DNA from: an uncultured Desulfatitalea sp.
GTDB taxonomy: Bacteria > Desulfobacterota > Desulfobacteria > Desulfobacterales > Desulfosarcinaceae
Length of the DNA: 64,000 nt
Direction: 5' to 3'
Assembly: GCA_963668675.2 (NCBI GenBank)
Contig: CAXXMB010000002.1
Location: 2,432,001-2,496,000 of the forward strand
The notes under the pieces were generated by a model. It ran no database searches. It was not told the DNA's origin and saw only the letters and a list, made by a program, of their open reading frames with translations. Below, one piece after another: positions 28,397 through 39,286 of the stretch (its first letter is position 1; every line of letters starts with the position of its first letter). The translations under genes were made by a program, and so were the position numbers.

Positions 28397-29878
28397 ATGT
28401 CTGCTGACACTATAGAGGCACCCACACAGGGTGTCAATTGGAGTAGAATTGGTTTTATCTTACTAGGTGTTCTCCTGTTCGCGGTGGTTTACTGGTCTCC
28501 GATGTGGCCCGATGCCGTGGATCCGGAGGGCAAAACTTTTGCGCTGAGTCTGGCTGGAAAAGGCGCCATCGCCGTTTTTTTACTGGCTGCGACGTGGTGG
28601 ATCTCCGAGGTGGTGCCCATCGGTGTGACCAGTTTGGCCATCGGTGTGCTGCAGGTGCTGTTTTTGATCCGTCCGGCCAGCAAGGCGTTCACCGATTTTA
28701 TGGATCCGAACGTCCTGTTCATCTATGGCTCTCTTGTGATCGGACTGGTGTTCACCAAAACCGGCCTGACCCGGCGCATTGCTTATAAAATGCTGGCCAT
28801 TGTGGGTGAAAAAACCAGTATGATCTATTTGGGCTGTTTTTTGCTGACAGCGGCACTGACCCACATCATGGCGCATACCGCCGTGGCGGCAACCATATAT
28901 CCCTTGTTGGTCGCCATCTACGCCATGTACGGCGAGGGCGACAAACCGACCAAATTCGGCAAAGGCCTGTTTATCGGCATGGCCTATGTCGCCGGCGCGG
29001 GCAGTATCGTCACGCTGCTGGGCGCAGCCCGAGGTGCGGTCGCCTTAGGCTTTTACGGGGAGGTCACCGGGAGAAATGTGGGTTTTTTCGAACTCTCCTA
29101 CTACATGTTTCCCGTGGGTTGGCTGATGACGTTTCTGTTGTGGGGCTTTTTCATGATCTTTCTGAAGCCGGAAAAGAAGACCATTCCCGGCTTGAGGGAG
29201 AAGGCCAAACGACTCAATGCTGAATTGGGAGGCATCACCCGCAAGGAGGTCATCGCTGCTCTTATCGTTGGCGCAGCCATTCTGGTATTGGGCATATCAG
29301 CGGTGTTGAAATCGACCATTCCGGACTTTACACCGCCCCATAAAACGGCAGTGTTGCTCTTTTCCACGATTCTCTTTTTCATCACCGGTATTCTGGACAC
29401 CAAAGATCTTCAGGAGATTCCCTGGAACATCGTACTGCTGTTTGCCGGCGCCATGAGCATCGGTTTCTGCCTCTGGCAAACCGGGGCGGCCGAATGGATG
29501 GCCATCAACTACCTTGCCTTTTTCAAAGATGCGAACTGGTTCGTGTTTGTGCTCAGCATCGCCTTCCTGGTGATGATCATGACCAACTTTATCATGAATG
29601 TGGCCGCCATCGCCATTGTGCTGCCGGTGGCATTGGTCACTGCGCGCTATCTCGGAGTTGCCGGCGAAGTGATTCTTTTTGCCTCCCTGGTGACGGCAGG
29701 CATGCCTTTCCTGCTGCTGGTGGGTGCGGCCCCCAACGCCATCGCATACGACTCGAAGCAATTTACCACGGGTGAATTCTTCATGTACGGCATACCGGCA
29801 AGTATCATTCTGATGCTGGTGACTGGCTTTGCCGTGTATGTGCTGTGGCCGCTCATGGGGATGCCAACATTGGCATAA
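28397..29878 (+). CDS. SLC13/DASS family anion permease (probable sulfate transporter)
   Basis: WISEVVPIGVTSL, MAHTAVAA, TNFIMNVAAIA and GAAPNAIAY motifs, many TM helices. It sits between qmoC and sat. Confidence 0.85.
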   Translation: MSADTIEAPTQGVNWSRIGFILLGVLLFAVVYWSPMWPDAVDPEGKTFALSLAGKGAIAVFLLAATWWISEVVPIGVTSLAIGVLQVLFLIRPASKAFTDFMDPNVLFIYGSLVIGLVFTKTGLTRRIAYKMLAIVGEKTSMIYLGCFLLTAALTHIMAHTAVAATIYPLLVAIYAMYGEGDKPTKFGKGLFIGMAYVAGAGSIVTLLGAARGAVALGFYGEVTGRNVGFFELSYYMFPVGWLMTFLLWGFFMIFLKPEKKTIPGLREKAKRLNAELGGITRKEVIAALIVGAAILVLGISAVLKSTIPDFTPPHKTAVLLFSTILFFITGILDTKDLQEIPWNIVLLFAGAMSIGFCLWQTGAAEWMAINYLAFFKDANWFVFVLSIAFLVMIMTNFIMNVAAIAIVLPVALVTARYLGVAGEVILFASLVTAGMPFLLLVGAAPNAIAYDSKQFTTGEFFMYGIPASIILMLVTGFAVYVLWPLMGMPTLA

Positions 29879-30001
29879 ATCAAAATCAGCATAATCGGGT
29901 GGCCGGCCATGGCTGCCAGCAAAGACAGGAAAGACGCGCTTTTAGAAAGGCGCGTCTTTCTATTCGGCGGGTCCGGAGGAGAGGATACGAGGATACGCAA
30001 T

Positions 30002-30038
30002 AAAAAACGGAGAAGTGCCGCAGCACTTCTCCGTTTTT
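30002..30038. terminator. Bidirectional terminator between the SLC13 gene and sat
   Basis: AAAAAACGGAGAAGTGC-CGCA-GCACTTCTCCGTTTTTT. Confidence 0.8.
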
Positions 30039-30066
30039 TGGTTTTCGATATCTCCTCTATCGGCGA

Positions 30067-31338
30067 TTAATTGCCGGTAGCGGCCTTATGGGTCTTGATC
30101 TCGACCTTTTCAGTCAATCCACTGTAGTACTCACGCAGGATAGCAACAACTTCGTCACGCCCAAAGTGATCGGGCATTTCGCCGCCTTCGCTGAGGATTT
30201 TGCGCAGCATGGTGCCGGACAGCAGTACACGATCTTCCTTGGCATGCGGGCAGGTTCTCAGAGAGGCCATGCCGTCGCACTTGTAGCAGTAGAAGGTCCA
30301 GTCGATCTTCAGCGGTTGGCACAGAAGTGCTTTTCCGCCTTCGGGGGTCGGAATTTTGTCGAAGATGGTTTGGGCTTCGAACATGCCGTAGAAGTCGCCC
30401 ACACCGGCATGGTCGCGGCCGATGATCATCTTCGAGCAGCCGTAGTTCTGGCGGAAAGTGGCATGCAGAAGGCCTTCACGGGGGCCGGCATAGCGCATAT
30501 CCAGCGGGTAGCCGCCTTGTACCACGTTATCTTCGACGAAGTAGTTTTTCACCAGGGCATCGATGCATTTGACGCGAACCTCGGCAGGGATGTCGCCCGG
30601 TTTCAGGTTGCCGACCAGAGAGTGGATGTAGACGCCGTCGCACACTTCCACAGCGATTTTGCACAGGTACTCGTGGGAACGGTGCATGGGGTTACGCAGC
30701 TGCAACGCGGCCACTTCACTCCAGCCTCTCTCCTCAAAGATCTTACGGGATTCGGCCGGACGGTGATAGACGCCGGCGTATTTGACGGGGTAGTCGCCTT
30801 CGCTGAGGACTTTGACGTTACCGGCAAGGTTCACGGGGCCTTGGCTCATGACCATCTGGACGCCCGGGTGGTCTTCCTTTGCGATCTTCCAGAACTCTTC
30901 AGCCGTCGGGGTGCCTTCACCCATGAATACTTTTTCGCATTCCCAGGTCTTCTCTTCGTCGCTGATGTCCCACTTTTCGTCGACTTTGATGGTGGCCATA
31001 ATTTCATTTTTCTTGGCATCGAACAGAGCCACTTCGTCGCCTACGCTGATACCGCCGGCCTCTTCGGCCGTAACGTCCAGCACCACCGGTACCGGCCAGA
31101 AGGTGCCATCGGCGGTCAGAAAATTTTCACAAACACCCTTCCAGTCCGCTTTGGTCATGAAGCCGGTCAGGGGGCTGAAACCGCCATTACCAATCATGAT
31201 CAGGTCGCCTTTGACGCGCGGTGAGATGTTTACCTTTTTGAGGCCTTCGGCCTTTTTCTTTTCAGCTTCCAGCTCTGCGCCTTCCAACAAGCAGATGGTC
31301 AGGCCTTTGCCACCATGGGGGGGAATGAGTTGTGACAT
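30067..31338 (-). CDS. sat: Sulfate adenylyltransferase (ATP sulfurylase)
   Basis: [24 protein letters not shown] and GRDHAGVG motifs. Confidence 0.97.
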   Translation of the reverse strand: MSQLIPPHGGKGLTICLLEGAELEAEKKKAEGLKKVNISPRVKGDLIMIGNGGFSPLTGFMTKADWKGVCENFLTADGTFWPVPVVLDVTAEEAGGISVGDEVALFDAKKNEIMATIKVDEKWDISDEEKTWECEKVFMGEGTPTAEEFWKIAKEDHPGVQMVMSQGPVNLAGNVKVLSEGDYPVKYAGVYHRPAESRKIFEERGWSEVAALQLRNPMHRSHEYLCKIAVEVCDGVYIHSLVGNLKPGDIPAEVRVKCIDALVKNYFVEDNVVQGGYPLDMRYAGPREGLLHATFRQNYGCSKMIIGRDHAGVGDFYGMFEAQTIFDKIPTPEGGKALLCQPLKIDWTFYCYKCDGMASLRTCPHAKEDRVLLSGTMLRKILSEGGEMPDHFGRDEVVAILREYYSGLTEKVEIKTHKAATGN

Positions 31339-31749
31339 TGGGTGTTCTCCTTTCAATATTTATATTGATATCAATAGGCTAATTTGCCTTTAGCGTGCGC
31401 GGCCTCGATAGATCCAAAGGCGTATACCTATTAAGGAACCATTATTTTGTCAAGGATAATCGGGTGATTCGACACCTTGAGGACGGATGGAATCGAATGT
31501 GTCGGCGGGTACATCCCCTAGGAGAGCAAGAGCCGGAAAAAGCGGTTTAATGATTTTGGAAAGGGACGTTTCAAAGGAAGCGTACTCCTGAAATGGGGGG
31601 CTTAAGTTGTCCTGCCTGATGTCCGATACACTCCATATCAGGTTTGGGCATCACAGCGTGGTCCAATTAGCCATTGCGCCCAAGCGGACGGTGGTGTTAT
31701 GGAATTATGCGAATCCATTGAGGCGGCCGCACGTCAGGAGGTTCCCATC

Positions 31750-32253
31750 ATGCGCACTGCGGAAAAGCTCAAAGACAGTGTTGATATCATAGAGAAGATC
31801 AAGACCCTGCCGGCGCTCGAGACCTTCGATGAGAAGGATCTCAAAGAGCTGCTGCGCATCAGCAAGATCGTGCGCTACGAGCCGGGCGAAGCCATTGTGG
31901 ACGAAGGCACACACAACACCTGGATCTACTATTTGATCTCCGGCCGGGTTCGCATCGCCAAAAAGGGCGCCGAACTGGCCATTCTTCAACGAACGGGGGA
32001 TGTTTTCGGCGATGTGGGCAGCATGGGAAGCGGCGATCTCTCGGTCTCGGTCGACGCCATTGACGAGGCCACCTGCCTGAAAATCGATATTTCCAGTGTG
32101 GACGGTCTGCCCAACGAAAATCGTTTCGTGTTTCGCTATGCCATCTTCAGGGGCTTTGCAGAGGTGCTCGCCAAACGGTTGCGCATCACCACCTCCAAGT
32201 ATTTGGAAGCCAGGGAGGAGTTGGAGCGATTGCGTCAACAGCTGGATCAATAA
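31750..32253 (+). CDS. Stand-alone cyclic-nucleotide-binding (Crp N-domain) protein
   Basis: YEPGEAIVDEG, YYLISGRV and GDVFGD motifs with no HTH. Start chosen after a CAGGAGG RBS. Confidence 0.75.
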   Translation: MRTAEKLKDSVDIIEKIKTLPALETFDEKDLKELLRISKIVRYEPGEAIVDEGTHNTWIYYLISGRVRIAKKGAELAILQRTGDVFGDVGSMGSGDLSVSVDAIDEATCLKIDISSVDGLPNENRFVFRYAIFRGFAEVLAKRLRITTSKYLEAREELERLRQQLDQ

Positions 32254-32473
32254 GCATTCCCAACCAGATTGAACTGATAAAAGCCCGTCCGGAAAAGCCG
32301 GCCGGGCTTTCTGTTTTAAGATTCAATAGGGCTGACGGGCGATCATTGTTGACTCATCCGGGAATTTTTATTATCAGGTCATGACTTTTTACTCGTTTTT
32401 GCTGATCGAATGAAATTCAGCGGCAATCGTGCTCCTCTAAAAACAGCATTCATCCAGTGGTGGAAAGGGAGTT

Positions 32474-34432
32474 ATGACGTACTTTTTCCTGTCCTTGCTG
32501 ATCATTTTCTGTGGTGGCACGCTTCCTCTTGTTTTTATTAAAAATTTTAAGTTGATGCGAGCGGTTTCTGTCGTTTTGACAGCGGCAGGATGCGCTCTCG
32601 GCCTGGTCGATGCCTGCGGCCGCATTTTCAACGCAACAGCTGTCAGTGTTTCTTTCAACTTGGCCAATTCACTTACCCTCGGCTTCAAATTGGACGTCCT
32701 GTCCGCCTTTTTCCTGATGGCCATTTTTCTCATCTCTTTGCTTGCCGTCATTTACAGTTACCATTACATGGACAAGGCCGAGAAAGCGTTTCGTACAGCA
32801 GGATGTTTTCTTTTTACCAGCCTGTTGATTGCAGCCATGGCGCTGGTGGTCGCGGCTGACAACATTATCAGTTTTATCGCATCATGGGAGATCATGTCCT
32901 TGGCGTCCTTCTTCTTGGTAGTATACAACTACGAGAACGATGAGAACCGTAAGGCGGGGTATCTCTATGCGATATATTCCCAGGTGGGGGCCATGTTCAT
33001 CCTCGGGGCGTTCGGTGTCATGTATGCCCATAGCGGCAGCTTGGGGTTCGATGCCGCGGCCGGTTTAACCGAGAGTGCCAAAATCCTGGTCTTCATTCTC
33101 GCCTTCGTCGGCTTTGGATCAAAAGCGGGTGTCTTTCCGCTGCACGCCTGGCTGCCCCATGCCCACCCGGCAGCGCCCAGCCACATTTCAGCCATCATGT
33201 CCGGTGTGATGATCAAGACCGGAATTTACGGCATCGTACGCATGTATGACATATTGGTTTTGCCTGCCCCGCTGTTCGGACAGATCGTATTGATTGCCGG
33301 CATCGTTTCCGGCGTTCTGGGGGTGGTTTATGCGCTGGGACAGCACGATCTGAAACGGCTGCTGGCCTATCACAGCGTGGAGAATATCGGTATTATTCTG
33401 ATCGGCATCGGATTGGGCATGATCGGTGTGGCAGCCCGCCAGCCGGTCATGGCCGTACTCGGATTTGCCGGCGGGCTGCTGCATGTGCTCAACCATTCGA
33501 TCTTTAAGTCGCTGCTCTTCATGGGCGCCGGGATGGTGCTTCATCAAACCGGCACGCGGGCCATCGATACGCTGGGCGGCTTGATCAAACGGATGAAGAT
33601 TACCGGCACCACCTTTCTCATCGGCTCGTTGGCCATTTCCGGGTTGCCGCCTTTTAACGGGTTTGTCAGCGAGTTTTTGATCTACATGGGCGGGTTCAAG
33701 GGCATCGCCCTGAACGATTTCGACTTCGCTCTCAGCATGATGGGCATTGTCAGCCTCGCCATCATCGGCGGATTGGCGCTGGCCTGTTTTACCAAGGTAG
33801 TGGGAGTGGTCTTTCAGGGGGAGCCGCGTACCCCGGCAGCCCAAAATGCAGGTGAAAAGGGGCCTGCCATGCTTGTACCCATGGTGGTCCTGGCGGCCGT
33901 TTGTCTTGTGATCGGGGTCTTTCCGCCCTTTTTTGCGACCATGGCGATCAAAGCGGTGGCCGCCATTGAACTGGGATACGGCCGCATTCCCCTGGAGCCT
34001 TTCGTCCAGTGGACGACCAATATCACCCGAGCGGCGGCGATTGTTTTTGCGGTGTTTATCGCCGTTGTTGCCCTGCGTACCCTGCTATATCGCAGGAAAA
34101 GCATTACGCAATCCGGTACATGGGGCTGCGGTTTTACCCGTCCGACGGTTAAGATGCAATATACGGGTTCTTCCTATGCAGCTTCCATCCTGGAATTCTT
34201 CAAGCCGGTGGCGCCTGTCACCGAGGCGCATCCGGCCATCAAGGGCCGTTTTCCGGTCAAAACCCATTACCATAGTCATGTGCATGATATTGCCGAAGTG
34301 AACATGGGACGCCTGGTCGTACGGCCGGTCCTCTTTCTTTTTGACCAACTGCGGTGGCTGCAGCACGGCGATATTCATCTTTACATCGGCTATATCCTGC
34401 TGGCGATCGTGGCGCTGCTGTTCTTTGTGTAA
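32474..34432 (+). CDS. hyfB: Ehr/Hyf antiporter-like subunit (HyfB/NuoL-like)
   Basis: SWEIMS, GSKAGVFPLHAWLPHAHPAAPS, LLAYHSVENIG and TWGCG motifs. Confidence 0.85.
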   Translation: MTYFFLSLLIIFCGGTLPLVFIKNFKLMRAVSVVLTAAGCALGLVDACGRIFNATAVSVSFNLANSLTLGFKLDVLSAFFLMAIFLISLLAVIYSYHYMDKAEKAFRTAGCFLFTSLLIAAMALVVAADNIISFIASWEIMSLASFFLVVYNYENDENRKAGYLYAIYSQVGAMFILGAFGVMYAHSGSLGFDAAAGLTESAKILVFILAFVGFGSKAGVFPLHAWLPHAHPAAPSHISAIMSGVMIKTGIYGIVRMYDILVLPAPLFGQIVLIAGIVSGVLGVVYALGQHDLKRLLAYHSVENIGIILIGIGLGMIGVAARQPVMAVLGFAGGLLHVLNHSIFKSLLFMGAGMVLHQTGTRAIDTLGGLIKRMKITGTTFLIGSLAISGLPPFNGFVSEFLIYMGGFKGIALNDFDFALSMMGIVSLAIIGGLALACFTKVVGVVFQGEPRTPAAQNAGEKGPAMLVPMVVLAAVCLVIGVFPPFFATMAIKAVAAIELGYGRIPLEPFVQWTTNITRAAAIVFAVFIAVVALRTLLYRRKSITQSGTWGCGFTRPTVKMQYTGSSYAASILEFFKPVAPVTEAHPAIKGRFPVKTHYHSHVHDIAEVNMGRLVVRPVLFLFDQLRWLQHGDIHLYIGYILLAIVALLFFV

Positions 34433-34478
34433 GTAAAGAAGCGGAAAGGCAAACCCCCCAACCCAAAAGGCTACACTG

Positions 34479-35396
34479 ATGCGCCCTATCATTCTACTGC
34501 TCCTGGCGATGCTTCTGGCACCGCTCTATTCAGCCTTGATTCTCAAGGTCAAGGCGTTCTTCGGCGGCAAAAAGGGTCCGCCGCTGTTGATCAATTACTA
34601 CACCTTGATCAAGCTGCTGAAGAAGGGGTCGGTCTATAGCACAAGTACGACCGTTATCTTTAAAATGGGCCCCATGGTTTCGCTGTCTGCGGCCGTGACA
34701 GTGCTGATGTTTTTGCCCATTGCCGGACTGCAGCCCGTTTTTTCCTTTCATGGCGATGTGATTTTTCTTCTTTACCTTTTGGGGCTGGGTCGCTTTTTCA
34801 CCATCGCCGCGGCCATGGATACCGCCTCTCCGTTTGAAGGCATGGGGGCGGCCCGGGAGGCCTATTTCCCCATCATCTGCGAAGCCACGCTCTTCATGAT
34901 GCTCGTTTTGTTTTACATCCTGACCGGCGAGTTGAAGCTGGCAGCCTACTTTTCAGGCGGACAACCGCTCGGCCTGTGGCAGACTGCCGGCGCGCCCCTG
35001 CTCTTCGTGGTCTTTGCGCTCTTTATCGTCCTGCTGACCGAGAACTCACGGGTGCCCGTAGACGATCCCGCCACCCATTTGGAGTTGACCATGATTCACG
35101 AGGTGATGGTGCTCGATCACAGCGGTCCCGATTTTGCTTTGATTGAGCTGGGTTCCTTTTTCAAGCTCTTTTTCTACGCGACCCTGGTGACCCATCTGCT
35201 TTGTCCGTTTGTTTTTGTTGCACCAGCGGCCAACACGCTTTTGTTCTTCGTAATACTGGCTTTCGTATACGTGGCCGTGGGTGTGACGGAATCGATCATG
35301 GCCCGCTATCGTATGGACAAGGTGCCTCAATTTGTGCTGACATCCTTTGCATTGGTCTTTTTTGCCACCGTTATTACGCTGGAGTTTTTGAAATGA
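34479..35396 (+). CDS. hyfC: Ehr/Hyf membrane subunit (HyfC/HycD/NuoH-like)
   Basis: GPPLL, MDTASPFEGMGAARE and ENSRVPVDDPATHLELTMIHE motifs. Confidence 0.85.
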   Translation: MRPIILLLLAMLLAPLYSALILKVKAFFGGKKGPPLLINYYTLIKLLKKGSVYSTSTTVIFKMGPMVSLSAAVTVLMFLPIAGLQPVFSFHGDVIFLLYLLGLGRFFTIAAAMDTASPFEGMGAAREAYFPIICEATLFMMLVLFYILTGELKLAAYFSGGQPLGLWQTAGAPLLFVVFALFIVLLTENSRVPVDDPATHLELTMIHEVMVLDHSGPDFALIELGSFFKLFFYATLVTHLLCPFVFVAPAANTLLFFVILAFVYVAVGVTESIMARYRMDKVPQFVLTSFALVFFATVITLEFLK

Positions 35397-36034
35397 TTCA
35401 ATCGCTGGATACGATCCTGGTATTGGTGCTGCTGTCGGTACTGTTCTCTTTCGGCTCCAGCCGGTTGCCGGCTCTGATTAAGGTTCTGGCCTTCCAGGGG
35501 GTTGTGGTCTCCATCGTGCCGTTTTTTATCGGACACGATCTGACCACCGGCGGGATCGCCTTTACCATCGTGACCCTGTTGATACGGGGCTTTGGCATTC
35601 CCCTCTACATCTATCTGGCCATCAAAAAGGTCGCCATTGGACGGGAGGTTGAGCCGATTGTCGGCTACCACGCCTCATTGCTGGCCGGTTTGGCACTGAT
35701 CGTCGGGGCCATCTTCGTCAGCCCCAAATTCAATCTGCCGTTGGTGCAGGACCACACCCTGTTGCTGCCCACGGCCATCGTTTTGATCGTGGCTGGTATG
35801 TTTCTGCTCATGGCGCGTCGCAATGCCATCGCCATGGTGCTGGGCTACATCATGATGGAGAACGGGATCTACCTCATCGGTACCAGTTTTTCTGTTCGTG
35901 CCCAGCACATCGTGGAGTTCGGCATCCTTCTCGACGTTCTGGCCGGCGTGATGATCATGGCCATTGTGTTGCAGAATATCAAAAAGACCTTTGATGATGT
36001 GGATACGGCACTGCTGAGAACCTTAAAGGAGTAG
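35393..36034 (+). CDS. hyfE: Ehr/Hyf membrane subunit (HyfE-like)
   Basis: AFQG, REVEP, GYIMMENGIY and VEFGILLDV motifs. ATG overlaps the hyfC stop. Confidence 0.82.
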   Translation: MIQSLDTILVLVLLSVLFSFGSSRLPALIKVLAFQGVVVSIVPFFIGHDLTTGGIAFTIVTLLIRGFGIPLYIYLAIKKVAIGREVEPIVGYHASLLAGLALIVGAIFVSPKFNLPLVQDHTLLLPTAIVLIVAGMFLLMARRNAIAMVLGYIMMENGIYLIGTSFSVRAQHIVEFGILLDVLAGVMIMAIVLQNIKKTFDDVDTALLRTLKE

Positions 36035-36046
36035 GTGTGGGGTTTT

Positions 36047-37468
36047 ATGGTTGAAATCGTTATTCTGCTGCCATTCGCCATGGGCCTGTTGGCCTTTTTT
36101 ATGCCACAGTCCGTCGGCCGGGTGCTGCTGATCATCACCGGCGCCGTCCACCTGGCCCTGTCGGTGGGGATTTGGATCCGGCGGCCCACCGCATTTCTGG
36201 ACACCTATTTTGCCGTAACGGCTGAAGGCCTTTTATCGCTGCTGGTCATATCGTTGCTTTTTTTTCTGATCGCCGTTTACACCCGGGGATATCTCAAAGA
36301 GCAGCAGATTCCTTCGGAACCGATCTTTACCGGATCCATGCTGCTTTTCCTTGCCACCATGACCATGGTGACGCTGGCCGATCACATCATGGTCATGTGG
36401 ATTGCCATAGAAGCCACCACCCTCGCCAGTGCACCGTTGATCTATACGCATAGATCCGCGGCCTCGATTGAAGCCACATGGAAGTATGTGCTGATATGCT
36501 CGGTGGGTATCGCCCTGGCCTTGCTGGGGTCGGTACTGCTGGCCCTCTCCATGGATCTGGGCGGTGTGGATGTGCCCATGTCCTTCTCGGCACTGGCCGG
36601 CGCGGCCCGGCAAATGGATCCGTTATGGCTCAAGACCGGGTTTGTCTTCATCCTGGTGGGCTACGGCACCAAAATGGGGTTGGCCCCCATGCACACCTGG
36701 CTGCCCGACGCGCACAGCGAGGCGCCCAGCCCGGCGTCGGCCCTGTTGTCCGGCGTGTTGTTGAACTGCGCCTATCTGGGCATTTTCAAGACCCATAAGA
36801 TTATGCATGCTGCCGGATTGGGTGATTTTTCGGGTACGATTCTCATCGTCTTCGGTTTGGCCTCGATCATCGCTGCGGCGACCTTTATTCTCAAGCAGAC
36901 CGAGTACAAACGATTGCTCGCTTATTCAAGCATCGAAAACATGGGCATCATCGCCTTCGGCACCGGCGTGGGTGGTTTGGGGGCATATGGCGCCGTGTTG
37001 TGCCTGGTGCACCACAGCTTGATCAAATCGTCGCTCTTTCTCTCCTCGGGTAATATTCTGCTCGGCTATGCCGATCGCTTCATCGCGGGGACCGGGCGAC
37101 TGGCCAAATTGATGCCCCGCACTTTCGTTGCCTTCTTCGGCGGATTTGCCGGTATCTCCGGCTTCCCGCCGTTTGGTATTTTTCTGGGCGAAGTGTTTAT
37201 CATCATCGCGGCGTTCCGTGCCCACCACTATGTCGGGGTCGTGCTTTTTATAATGAGTATTTGTGTGATTTTTGCCGGGTTTGCCAACCACGTCATGAAA
37301 ATTTCATTCGGGGCATCCGGCGGCTCAGTTCAATTTCGAGAAAAAGCCGCTATGGTCTGGCCCCAATATGCATTGCTGCTCACGTCACTGGCGCTGTGCT
37401 TCTGGATGCCTGGTACCGTATCGCAGACCATCATGAATGCTGTCAAAACTATCGGCGGGGGATTTTAA
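36047..37468 (+). CDS. hyfF: Ehr/Hyf antiporter-like subunit (HyfF-like)
   Basis: WIAIEATTL, EATWKY, GYGTKMGLAPMHTWLPDAHSEAP and LAYSSIEN motifs. Confidence 0.85.
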   Translation: MVEIVILLPFAMGLLAFFMPQSVGRVLLIITGAVHLALSVGIWIRRPTAFLDTYFAVTAEGLLSLLVISLLFFLIAVYTRGYLKEQQIPSEPIFTGSMLLFLATMTMVTLADHIMVMWIAIEATTLASAPLIYTHRSAASIEATWKYVLICSVGIALALLGSVLLALSMDLGGVDVPMSFSALAGAARQMDPLWLKTGFVFILVGYGTKMGLAPMHTWLPDAHSEAPSPASALLSGVLLNCAYLGIFKTHKIMHAAGLGDFSGTILIVFGLASIIAAATFILKQTEYKRLLAYSSIENMGIIAFGTGVGGLGAYGAVLCLVHHSLIKSSLFLSSGNILLGYADRFIAGTGRLAKLMPRTFVAFFGGFAGISGFPPFGIFLGEVFIIIAAFRAHHYVGVVLFIMSICVIFAGFANHVMKISFGASGGSVQFREKAAMVWPQYALLLTSLALCFWMPGTVSQTIMNAVKTIGGGF

Positions 37469-37473
37469 TTTTG

Positions 37474-38982
37474 ATGCAGGCGGGATTTATTCAGATCGGC
37501 AATGGCGAAGCAGTCGCAAGAGAGCATATACCGCATCTATCCTTCGAGGTGTTTCGCCAGGAAGCCGTGGCCATTGTCGCAAACGGTGGCAAGGTGGTCC
37601 AATTTTTCGCCTATCCGGACGGGGACACGTTGAAGCTGATGGCTGTGCTCAGGGGCGATCAACTGCTCGTGGCCGGATGTGATGCCCCGGAGAACTATGC
37701 TGCCTTGAGCGCGGAGTGCGAACCGTTTCATCTGTTTGAACGGGAGATGGCTGAACAGTACGGCATCCGTCCCGAAGGCCACCCGTGGTTCAAGATGGTG
37801 CGATACCATGCCAACTACCGGGGTAAACCCGATCTGTTCGACAACGATTACAGCGAAGATATTCCCGGCAATTACGACTACTATGCCGTGGATGGCGAAG
37901 AGATCCATGAGGTGGCTGTGGGACCGGTGCATGCTGGTGTGATCGAACCGGGCCATTTCCGATTCAACTGCATCGGTGAACGGGTCCTGCACTTGGAAAT
38001 TCAGCTGGGCTATCAGCATCGGGGCGTTGAACAACTCCTTCTGAACAGTGATCCGCAGCGCTGGCCGGTGATTGCCGAAGGCATCGCCGGCGATACAAGC
38101 ATTGGCCACACACTTTGCATGGCCCAGGCCATGGAGGCGCTCACGGGCATCTCACCGGATGCAGGCGCGCGTGTGATTCGGACCATTGCTTTCGAATTGG
38201 AGCGCATTGCCAATCATGTGGGTGACCTGGGCGCCCTGAGCGGCGATGTGGCATTTCTGCCCCCGGCCAATTACTGCGGTCGCATGCGCGGCGATTTTCT
38301 CAATATGAGCCTCTGGATCTGCGGTAACCGTTTCGGCAAGGGGCTGGTGCGACCTGGCGGGGTTCTCTTTCCCCTTACCGATGAGGACCGTAAAGTGCTT
38401 TCGGGCCGATTGGCCGAACTCAAGCCCCACGTCGCCCATACCATTGATCTGCTCTTTTCTACCTCCAGCGTTCGTTCCCGTTTTGAAGGCTGTGGCGTGG
38501 TGAGTAAGGCGGACGCGGAAAAATTGGGGCTGGTCGGGCCGGCCGGGCGCGGCTGCGGCATTGCTTATGATGCGCGCCGATGCTTCCCCACCGAGCACTA
38601 CGGTCAGTTGGAGATTCCCGAACACGCCATCACCAGTGGCGATGTTTATGCCCGGGCCAGGATACGGGCCGATGAAGTACTTCAATCCATGGAAATTGTC
38701 CAGGCGCTGCTCGATCAGCCAGTGGAGACGCAATGTGTTGGAACAAACCATACAGGCCTTCCGGCCTCTTCGTTTGTGGTGACGCTGAATGAAGGATGGC
38801 GCGGTGAAGTATCCCATTGCGTTTTGACCGATGACCAGGGGCGGTTGCAGCGTTACAAGGTCAAGGACCCCTCGTTTCACAACTGGAACGGACTGGCCAT
38901 GGCGTTAAGGGATACGGGGATCTCGGATTTTCCCCTCAACAACAAGAGCTTCAATTTGTCCTATTGCGGTTATGATTTATAA
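37474..38982 (+). CDS. Ehr large subunit (HycE/NuoCD-like) lacking the [NiFe]-binding CxxC motifs
   Basis: VGPVHAGVIEPGHFRF and GYQHRG. EGIAGD stands where RxCGxC would be, and the C-terminus is DFPLNNKSFNLSYCGYDL instead of DPCxxC. Confidence 0.85.
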   Translation: MQAGFIQIGNGEAVAREHIPHLSFEVFRQEAVAIVANGGKVVQFFAYPDGDTLKLMAVLRGDQLLVAGCDAPENYAALSAECEPFHLFEREMAEQYGIRPEGHPWFKMVRYHANYRGKPDLFDNDYSEDIPGNYDYYAVDGEEIHEVAVGPVHAGVIEPGHFRFNCIGERVLHLEIQLGYQHRGVEQLLLNSDPQRWPVIAEGIAGDTSIGHTLCMAQAMEALTGISPDAGARVIRTIAFELERIANHVGDLGALSGDVAFLPPANYCGRMRGDFLNMSLWICGNRFGKGLVRPGGVLFPLTDEDRKVLSGRLAELKPHVAHTIDLLFSTSSVRSRFEGCGVVSKADAEKLGLVGPAGRGCGIAYDARRCFPTEHYGQLEIPEHAITSGDVYARARIRADEVLQSMEIVQALLDQPVETQCVGTNHTGLPASSFVVTLNEGWRGEVSHCVLTDDQGRLQRYKVKDPSFHNWNGLAMALRDTGISDFPLNNKSFNLSYCGYDL

Positions 38983-39257
38983 CTCAACTTTCAGGGATCA
39001 AGACCCACTGGACTCGGCTTAATATGTGGATTTAATGAAACCCAAAATTTATACCATAAGAATTTTAAAAGTATAAGCCCAGTGTCGTTAACCTAAGCAG
39101 ACGCAGCGGGCGGGCGTAAAGCCCGCCCCTACGAAATGTTACCAGGAACAAAGCCTGCTACCATACACAAACCTTGTCGGGGAGGGCTTTACGCCCGCCC
39201 GGAGCGGTAGCGCAAAAACCTTAAGTTAATGACATTGAGTATAAACCTATGAGTTAA
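38980..39257. repeat. Nested repeat: truncated TAACTCAACTTTC...GAGTTAA element containing a MITE-like unit with a REP-like doublet
   Basis: Imperfect TIR at 39080-39097 / 39220-39237. Inverted GGGCGGGCGTAAAGCCCGCCCCTAC / GTCGGGGAGGGCTTTACGCCCGCCC pair. Confidence 0.7.
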
Positions 39258-39286
39258 GGATATCTGGGCGGATAGGGAAGAAAATT

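Noticed and set aside
31340..31460. Rex operator upstream of sat
   Set aside because: No match to TTGTGAA-N4-TTCACAA. Only AT-rich palindromes (TCAATATTTATATTGA, TATTGATATCAATA) of uncertain meaning are present.
37474..38982. Functional hydrogenase-3/4 large subunit
   Set aside because: It lacks both Ni-binding CxxC motifs and was reassigned as Ehr.
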